20,000 nt of DNA from an uncultured virus (IMG/VR IMGVR_UViG_3300037313_001079). Taxonomy: Duplodnaviria; Heunggongvirae; Uroviricota; Caudoviricetes. The first letter of the stretch is position 1; every line of letters starts with the position of its first letter. The translations under genes were made by a program, and so were the position numbers. The notes beneath the pieces are model-generated. The model was not told the DNA's origin, made no database searches, and saw only the letters and a list, made by a program, of their open reading frames with translations. Positions 15,303 to 20,000 of the stretch are shown in pieces. The stretch lies in IMG/VR virus record IMGVR_UViG_3300037313_001079; one strand, 5' to 3'.

Positions 15303-15380
15303 GTGGTCATCTCGCTTGCTGGTGTGGCATCGGTTCAGTGGTTGAATTCTGGACATCATCGTTTACCTGCCACTTACCGG

Positions 15381-15510
15381 TTGACAATAGGTCAAGGATC
15401 ACGTCACTCGAACGAGTGTTTTAATATTTACTTGGTTGTGCAATGGCTGGAAAGTACACTCATTTTGTACCAGGGATGGTACAGACAATGATCACGATGT
15501 TTACCAGCGT
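15381..15510. promoter_or_regulatory. AT-rich divergent promoter region with several palindromes
   Basis: TTGAC-AATAG-GTCAA (15381-15395), CACTCG-AA-CGAGTG (15405-15418), TGTACCA-GGGA-TGGTACA (15466-15483), -10-like CAGCGT (15505-15510) 6 nt before GTG 15517. Confidence 0.6.
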
Positions 15511-15516
15511 GTATCC

Positions 15517-15750
15517 GTGCCATCCGACCCCCTGCCCGACTGGGTACTCACCCGCCGCCGGGCCATCGGGGGCGCCGTCCGAGCCGCTCGAACCACCCGG
15601 AAGCTGTCACAGGAGAAGCTCGGCGAGCTCGCGGGCCTGGACCGTAAGACGATCAACAGGGTCGAACAAGGCACCCACAGTACGCACGTAGACCACCTAC
15701 TCCTCATCGCTGACGCACTCGACGTACCCCTCGCCGACCTCGTCCGATGA
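15517..15750 (+). CDS. Small XRE-family HTH regulator, 77 aa
   Basis: IGGAVRAARTTRKLSQEKLGELAGLDRKTINRVEQG...LLLIADALDVPLADLV, a classic HTH_3 pattern. Confidence 0.9.
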   Translation: MPSDPLPDWVLTRRRAIGGAVRAARTTRKLSQEKLGELAGLDRKTINRVEQGTHSTHVDHLLLIADALDVPLADLVR

Positions 15751-15839
15751 CGGACGACCCTGCAGTCCCCAAGTTGTTCTACGCGGTAGGGCCCTGCGTC
15801 CGTCGCGGCGATCCCAACATTTTTCAAGCGGCAGCAGAC

Positions 15840-15926
15840 GGCCCCGCCCATCCACCACGGGGGAAGTAGACGGACGGGGCCAGCTCTGGTGCAGGCCGCC
15901 CCCGATTTCGCCGTCCAGGGGCGGCC
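15840..15926. terminator. Tandem GC-rich hairpins between convergent genes
   Basis: 15840-15881 forms a 16-bp stem on the minus strand using 3 G-U pairs; 15894-15926 has 9-bp arms GGCCGCCCC/GGGGCGGCC. Confidence 0.6.
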
Positions 15927-15954
15927 CTACCGACGCCCACAAGGCGCCGGATTC

Positions 15955-16125
15955 TCATATGCCTCTACGACTGCGACGGCGTGTCGGATATGTCTGCCGC
16001 GGGGCCCGCTTGCACAGGAAGGCGTGCACGTACACCGTCGTCCCGGCCGCGCTCGGCGAGTGGTGGTCGACTGGGACGCGCTTTTCGTCCGGCCCGAAAG
16101 GCTGATCGCATCGCGCGCAGGTCAT
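15955..16125 (-). CDS. Small CxxC...HxxxC protein, 56 aa
   Basis: ATGA overlap at 16122-16125; MTCARCDQP...VYVHAFLC. Confidence 0.72.
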   Translation of the reverse strand: MTCARCDQPFGPDEKRVPVDHHSPSAAGTTVYVHAFLCKRAPRQTYPTRRRSRRGI

Positions 16126-16439
16126 CGTCGTGCCTCCCGAACCGCGCGCACCAGGCCGCGCCCCTTCTCGCACTGGGTGAAGTCGTCGATGCACTGCTCG
16201 CACGAGTCGGAGTGCTCCCGCAGCGCTGCCATCGACTGCTCCATCGCGCATGGCCGGCATGCCCGCGGGTGCCAGCTGGTGGGAGTCCCCAGCCGCTTGA
16301 AGGTGCGTTCCCCGAGGTCGACGTCAGGTGTGGCGTGTTCGCTGTTCCACACGCAGGCGAGTCCGCGCACCTGCTGCTCGGTCAGGCTGTTGTAGGCAGG
16401 AAGAGTAAGGACGGTCAGAGGGTGGCGTGTGAGGGTCAT
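16122..16439 (-). CDS. Cys/His-rich hypothetical protein, 105 aa
   Basis: LTEQQVRGLACVW...DLG...WHPRACRPC...HSDSCEQC...QCEKGRGL; ATGA coupling. Confidence 0.8.
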   Translation of the reverse strand: MTLTRHPLTVLTLPAYNSLTEQQVRGLACVWNSEHATPDVDLGERTFKRLGTPTSWHPRACRPCAMEQSMAALREHSDSCEQCIDDFTQCEKGRGLVRAVREARR

Positions 16440-16831
16440 CCGGCGCGCTCCTCACCAAGGCGCGGACCGAACGCGTCCTCGATCGCGGCCCGGAGCGCAG
16501 CCGGGTCGGTGAACCAGCCATCCTCGCCCGGACAGATCCGCCAATGCGGGCCCGGGCCCTCCGTGCGGCGATCCGGCGGGATCATCACCGCCGCCCCGGC
16601 GCCGAGCGGGCGGGTGTTCTCCACCTCCCAGGAGGCGGCGGTCCCAGCCGGGACGAAGTAGTAGACGACGCCAGCCGCGGTGAACGGGTCCTCGATGACG
16701 GCGCCGCAGCGCGTGCCGAGGATGGCCATGGCGGCGAGGCCGACGCTGCGGGGGACGCGGATGGCGTCCCAGTCCTGTCCTGCGTCCTGTAGGGACGCTC
16801 GCGGGGCGGACGGTGGTCGGGTGCTCGGCAT
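16436..16831 (-). CDS. Streptomyces-type hypothetical protein (possibly degenerate prim-pol-like fold), 131 aa
   Basis: RBS GAGGAG before ATG 16831; AGQDWDAIRVP...GAVIEDP...YYFVPAGTAASW...GPGPHWRICP...TDPAALRAAI. Confidence 0.78.
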   Translation of the reverse strand: MPSTRPPSAPRASLQDAGQDWDAIRVPRSVGLAAMAILGTRCGAVIEDPFTAAGVVYYFVPAGTAASWEVENTRPLGAGAAVMIPPDRRTEGPGPHWRICPGEDGWFTDPAALRAAIEDAFGPRLGEERAG

Positions 16832-16898
16832 CGTGGTCTCCTCGGCACCAGATGTGATCGGGTGCCCATAAGAGTGGTCCTGACTGTTCCTCAAACCG

Positions 16899-16979
16899 AG
16901 GACTTGCAGAGGACTCTTCGAAGCCGCAGACAGGACTTTCAATGCGCCGAGGGGGTGAGTGTTGGCCAACGGCAGGACT
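16899..16979 (+). repeat. Four AGGACT direct repeats in helical phase
   Basis: Starts at 16899, 16910, 16932 and 16974 (spacings 11, 22, 42) in the divergent intergenic region. Confidence 0.7.
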
Positions 16980-17024
16980 TGGCTGCACACTTGCCGCGGG
17001 CCCCTCGACCACGGAGGTGCAGCA

Positions 17025-18248
17025 GTGGCCACGACAGGGAACGCCAGGCTGAAAGCGGCGCGGATCGCCGCGGGTTACCACTCTCAGCAGGACCTCGCCG
17101 ACGCTCTCGGTGTCGGCGTCCGCCAGGTACGGCGCTGGGAGTCAGCCACCCCGCCATGGCCGCACCCCGAGCAGGGCCACGCCCTCACCCGGCTCCTCGG
17201 CCAGGACCTCGAATCGCTCGGCTTCACCCCGCCGGACGGCGCACCCATCGACCGCGGACGCAGAACCGTCATCGCGGCCACCGTCGCGGCCGTCGGGCTC
17301 GCAGCCGTGCCCACCCAGGCCGTCGCCATGCAGCCGGCCACCGCAGCCGACGACTACGAGGCCGTCACCCGCTCCCATCGCCGCCTGTACTGGACCGTCG
17401 CGCCCGCCACCTTGCACCCGGCCGCCATGGCGCACGCCACCCTCGGCTGTGCGCTGCTCCCCGAGACGGCCGGGCAGACCCGCACCCGGACAGCGGCGGC
17501 GCTCGCCGAGACGTGGCTGCTGGCTGGGCGGATCGAGTTCTTCGACATGCGTGAGCCCGACCGCGCCGGGCACACTCTGCTGCGCGCCCTGCAGGCGGCC
17601 GGCGAGGCGGACGACGCGCTCCTCGGTGCTGCGGTCTTGGCGCACACCGCGTTCATCCCTGCCTGGGCTGGTGACCGGGAGGCGGCCGTGGAGCGGATGG
17701 TGGCCGCGCGTACCTACGCCCGGCGCGGTCCTGCCTCGGCGGAGATGCTGGCGTGGCTGGACGCGGTGGAGGCGGAGTGCGAGACCCGTTGCGGCAACAC
17801 CCGCACTGCGTTGCATCTGATCGGGCACGCCGAGGACGTCCTCGCGCGCGGTTCAGAGCATGGCAGTCCTGAGTGGCTGGACTGGTTCAGCCCGGTCCGG
17901 CTGGCCGCGTTCAAGGGGAACACCCAGCTGAAGGCCGGGCACCTGCCGCAGGCCCGGGCCACACTGCTCGACGTCCTCGACGCCCTCGGCCCGGCCGAAG
18001 AGAAGCAGACCACCGTCGTGCTCGGGGACCTGGCCGCCGTCGAGGCTGCCGCCAGCCGACCAGAAGAGGCCTGCGGGTATGCGATCCGCGCCTTGGATCA
18101 GCTGGAACGGACCTGGTATGCGATGGGCATGGACCGGGTGCGGGAGGTGCGGCGCGCGTTGGCGCCGCACCAGCACGAGCGGTGTGTCCGTGATCTGGAT
18201 GACCGGCTGTACGGGTGGTCGACGACCGTCAGCGCTCTTGCGCGTTGA
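17025..18248 (+). CDS. XRE-HTH regulator with a long alpha-helical (TPR-like) C-terminal domain, 407 aa
   Basis: GGAGG-N7-GTG at 17025; NARLKAARIAAGYHSQQDLADALGVGVRQVRRWES HTH; IDRGRRTVI linker; helical repeats such as LKAGHLPQARATL and DLAAVEAAASRPEEACGYA. Confidence 0.88.
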   Translation: MATTGNARLKAARIAAGYHSQQDLADALGVGVRQVRRWESATPPWPHPEQGHALTRLLGQDLESLGFTPPDGAPIDRGRRTVIAATVAAVGLAAVPTQAVAMQPATAADDYEAVTRSHRRLYWTVAPATLHPAAMAHATLGCALLPETAGQTRTRTAAALAETWLLAGRIEFFDMREPDRAGHTLLRALQAAGEADDALLGAAVLAHTAFIPAWAGDREAAVERMVAARTYARRGPASAEMLAWLDAVEAECETRCGNTRTALHLIGHAEDVLARGSEHGSPEWLDWFSPVRLAAFKGNTQLKAGHLPQARATLLDVLDALGPAEEKQTTVVLGDLAAVEAAASRPEEACGYAIRALDQLERTWYAMGMDRVREVRRALAPHQHERCVRDLDDRLYGWSTTVSALAR

Positions 18249-18891
18249 AGTCGCGGATCAGCGGCGCCAGTTCGAGGAGGCTCTCCACCCGGAAGGTGGG
18301 GAGCTTCTTCGCTTCCTCGGTGTGCCACTGGATCGTGGCCCACGGACCGCGGTGGACGAGCGCAGTGTGCATGCCTGCGGCGGCGGCCGGGCGGATGTCG
18401 TTGTCGACGCGGTCGCCGACGTACAGCATCTCGTCCACTTCGGCTGGGACGACGTCGGCGACGCGGTCGAAGAACGCGCGGTCGGGCTTGGATGCTCCCC
18501 AGTCGTCGGAGGTGCCGATGAGGTCGACGTCGTTGGTGAACAGCTTCCGCAGCAGGCCGCCCGCGCGAACGGTCTGGTTCCCTGCGATGCCCAGCCACAG
18601 GCCGTCTGCGCGGAGCGCCGCGAGTGCGTCGCGGACGTCCGGGTACAGGTCGGTCTCGCCGAAGTGCTCGGGCTTCCCCGCGGCCGCGCGCTTCTCGCGT
18701 TCGTCGTAGAGGTCGAAGCCGGGCCGGAACTCTTGGAAGACCTCGCGGTAGTCGCGGCCTTGGGCGATGACGGCGCCGAACATCGCGGCGAAGGTGTGGC
18801 GGGGGATGCCGAGCCAGTCGGCCCAGGTGCCGTACTCGGTGGTCTCGTCTACGAGGCACTCGCCGACGTCGAAGATCACAGCGCGAATCAT
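18229..18891 (-). CDS. HAD-superfamily hydrolase, probably leaderless
   Basis: Motif I FDVGECL, motif II GIAGN, motif III SKP, motif IV YVGDRVDNDI; -10 TAGTCT 6 nt before the ATG. Confidence 0.92.
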   Translation of the reverse strand: MIRAVIFDVGECLVDETTEYGTWADWLGIPRHTFAAMFGAVIAQGRDYREVFQEFRPGFDLYDEREKRAAAGKPEHFGETDLYPDVRDALAALRADGLWLGIAGNQTVRAGGLLRKLFTNDVDLIGTSDDWGASKPDRAFFDRVADVVPAEVDEMLYVGDRVDNDIRPAAAAGMHTALVHRGPWATIQWHTEEAKKLPTFRVESLLELAPLIRDFNAQER

Positions 18892-18965
18892 GTGGGCAGA
18901 CTATCGAGGGGCTCGTGGCCTGCGTAGGTATGGGGTCGGCAGCCGGACCCCGATAGGCTTGGTTC

Positions 18966-19151
18966 ATGTCCCCCGACTCTTCGCCTCAGGGCGCCGTGCG
19001 GTCTGCTGCGGCTGTGAACGAGGACATTCGGCAGTTGGCGCGGGCGGCGTGGGGGCGGCCGTTCACCGACGTTGAGCGGGCCCGCTACGAGGTGCTGCTG
19101 ACCGAGTGGTGGGCGGCCCCCGACCGTGCCGAGATCGTACGGGCGGCGTAG
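18966..19151 (+). CDS. Small hypothetical protein, 61 aa, probably leaderless
   Basis: -10 TAGGCT (18954-18959) 6 nt before the ATG; RSAAAVNEDIRQL...ERARYEVLLTEW helical hairpin. Confidence 0.75.
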   Translation: MSPDSSPQGAVRSAAAVNEDIRQLARAAWGRPFTDVERARYEVLLTEWWAAPDRAEIVRAA

Positions 19152-19152
19152 C

Positions 19153-20000
19153 TCACACCTGGTACCAGGCCCATGCGGTGCCGTTGTACGCGGCCTGGAC
19201 GCGGAGCGTGGCCCCGGCTGCCACGGTGGCCGTCGTCGCGGCGCCCGATGCGGTGTAGATGGTCTGGCCGCCGGTCGTGGCCACGGTCAGCGCGTTCGTG
19301 CCGGTGTTGCGCAGCGTGTATTCGACCGGGTTCACGTCGGCGTCCGGCAGCGTGGCGGTGAATGCGCCGGCCGTGGTGTCGCACAGCAGGACGCGGTCGA
19401 TGGGCGAAGCGGTGAAAGAGGCGGTCTTCCGGGCAATCGCGCGCGGTAGCTGTCCGTTGACGATCTCGATGCCCGTGGGGTGGGCGATGGAGACCCCGGA
19501 CGGGGTGAACAGGCCGGTCAACTTCAAGCGGCCGAGGGCGCCCATCAGGGCGCCGACCCCGTTGCCATCCACGTTGGGCGTGGACGACTCGGTGGACAGG
19601 TGGATGTCGACGGTCGGGCCGACGCCCTGCGAGCCCACCCCGATGATGTACACCTCGTGCGTGCAGGCCTCCACGGACGCGGACAGCACCCGCATCTCGT
19701 GCACGCTGCCGACGCTGCCCGCATACGAGCCGACCGGGCAGAGCCCGGCCCAGCAGTACAGGACCATGATCCGGCTGATCAGCGTGTGCTCGCTGAAGAA
19801 CAGGCCGTAGGTGTAGCCGCCCTGGATCGAGAGGTTGTCCACGATCGACAGGTCGTTGTTGCCGGGCGCGGGCATCAGCGCGGCGACGGACAAGCCCGTG
19901 CCGAACGTCCCCGGCGAGGTGTAGTCGGTGGAGCTGGGCACCGTGCCCAGGGTGGAGATGGACACGTTGCGCACGTGGGCGTTGGCGCAGCCGTAGAAGT
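19153..20000 (-). CDS. Beta-helix (pectate-lyase-like) tail spike/fibre protein, C-terminal part; start lies beyond the window
   Basis: Frame is open to the window edge (FYGCANAHVRNVSI...); Gly/Ser/Thr/Val-rich beta repeats (IVDNLSIQGGYTYG); C-terminal VLLCDTTAGAFTATLP...YTLRNTGTNALTV...GGQTI module of the kind seen in tail fibres. Confidence 0.65.
   Translation of the reverse strand, partial: FYGCANAHVRNVSISTLGTVPSSTDYTSPGTFGTGLSVAALMPAPGNNDLSIVDNLSIQGGYTYGLFFSEHTLISRIMVLYCWAGLCPVGSYAGSVGSVHEMRVLSASVEACTHEVYIIGVGSQGVGPTVDIHLSTESSTPNVDGNGVGALMGALGRLKLTGLFTPSGVSIAHPTGIEIVNGQLPRAIARKTASFTASPIDRVLLCDTTAGAFTATLPDADVNPVEYTLRNTGTNALTVATTGGQTIYTASGAATTATVAAGATLRVQAAYNGTAWAWYQV

Larger units (their letters stand above)
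1..20000. mobile_element. Temperate actinophage (Streptomyces-like) genome segment: replication/recombination early genes, immunity region, integrase, attP, accessory genes, end of the late (tail) region
   Basis: Continuous phage-type gene content (helicase, DUF2303, WhiB, RuvC, DnaQ, ERF, YqaJ, HNH, cro/repressor, serine integrase, tail-spike-like gene), overlapping start/stop codons, no recognisable host housekeeping genes, high GC. Confidence 0.93.

Noticed and set aside
18966..19151. 61-aa ORF as an arbitrium-like signalling pro-peptide for the XRE-TPR protein
   Set aside because: No signal peptide (no basic N-terminus or hydrophobic core); it looks like a soluble helical hairpin
15084..20000. 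Idea that host chromosome begins right of the integrase (attL/attR boundary)
   Set aside because: The att site is fully symmetric and the genes to the right look like phage accessory and tail genes, not housekeeping genes
1..20000. bldA-dependent TTA codons, tRNA genes, CRISPR arrays, IS elements, reverse transcriptase/DGR repeats
   Set aside because: The TTA/TAA triplets I checked inside genes (near 7786, 7960, 14101, 16406, 17075) are out of frame; no cloverleaf, repeat-spacer array, transposase or RT motif was seen by eye, though the check was not exhaustive

Overview
High-GC (Streptomyces-type) temperate phage DNA covering the whole window. Read on the minus strand (right to left), the order is: 3' part of a beta-helix tail-spike/pectate-lyase-like gene; an accessory block (61-aa ORF, HAD hydrolase, 407-aa XRE-HTH/TPR-like regulator with phased AGGACT repeats, three small hypothetical genes, small XRE, 72-aa helical ORF); a symmetric 50-bp attP-like site (15034-15083); a large serine integrase; the lysogeny operon on the + strand (XRE repressor plus a 2-TM coiled-coil protein); a mirror-symmetric repressor/cro control region containing a LexA/SOS box; cro; and a long translationally coupled early operon (HNH, YqaJ exonuclease, ERF annealing protein, DnaQ exonuclease, RuvC, degenerate HNH, WhiB). 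A ribbon-helix-helix gene on the + strand then interrupts the operon, followed by YfdP/YfdQ(DUF2303)-like genes and a DnaB-N/AAA_25 helicase that runs off the left edge and is missing from the ORF track. Phage genes flank an intact attP on both sides, so this looks like the unintegrated (virion or excised) form, or a tandem-prophage junction. The best leads are the attP with a candidate RDF, the LexA-box mirror switch, the XRE-TPR/HAD sensing module, the RHH sub-switch and a catalytically dead HNH. All family assignments are from motif recognition by eye; no searches were run.
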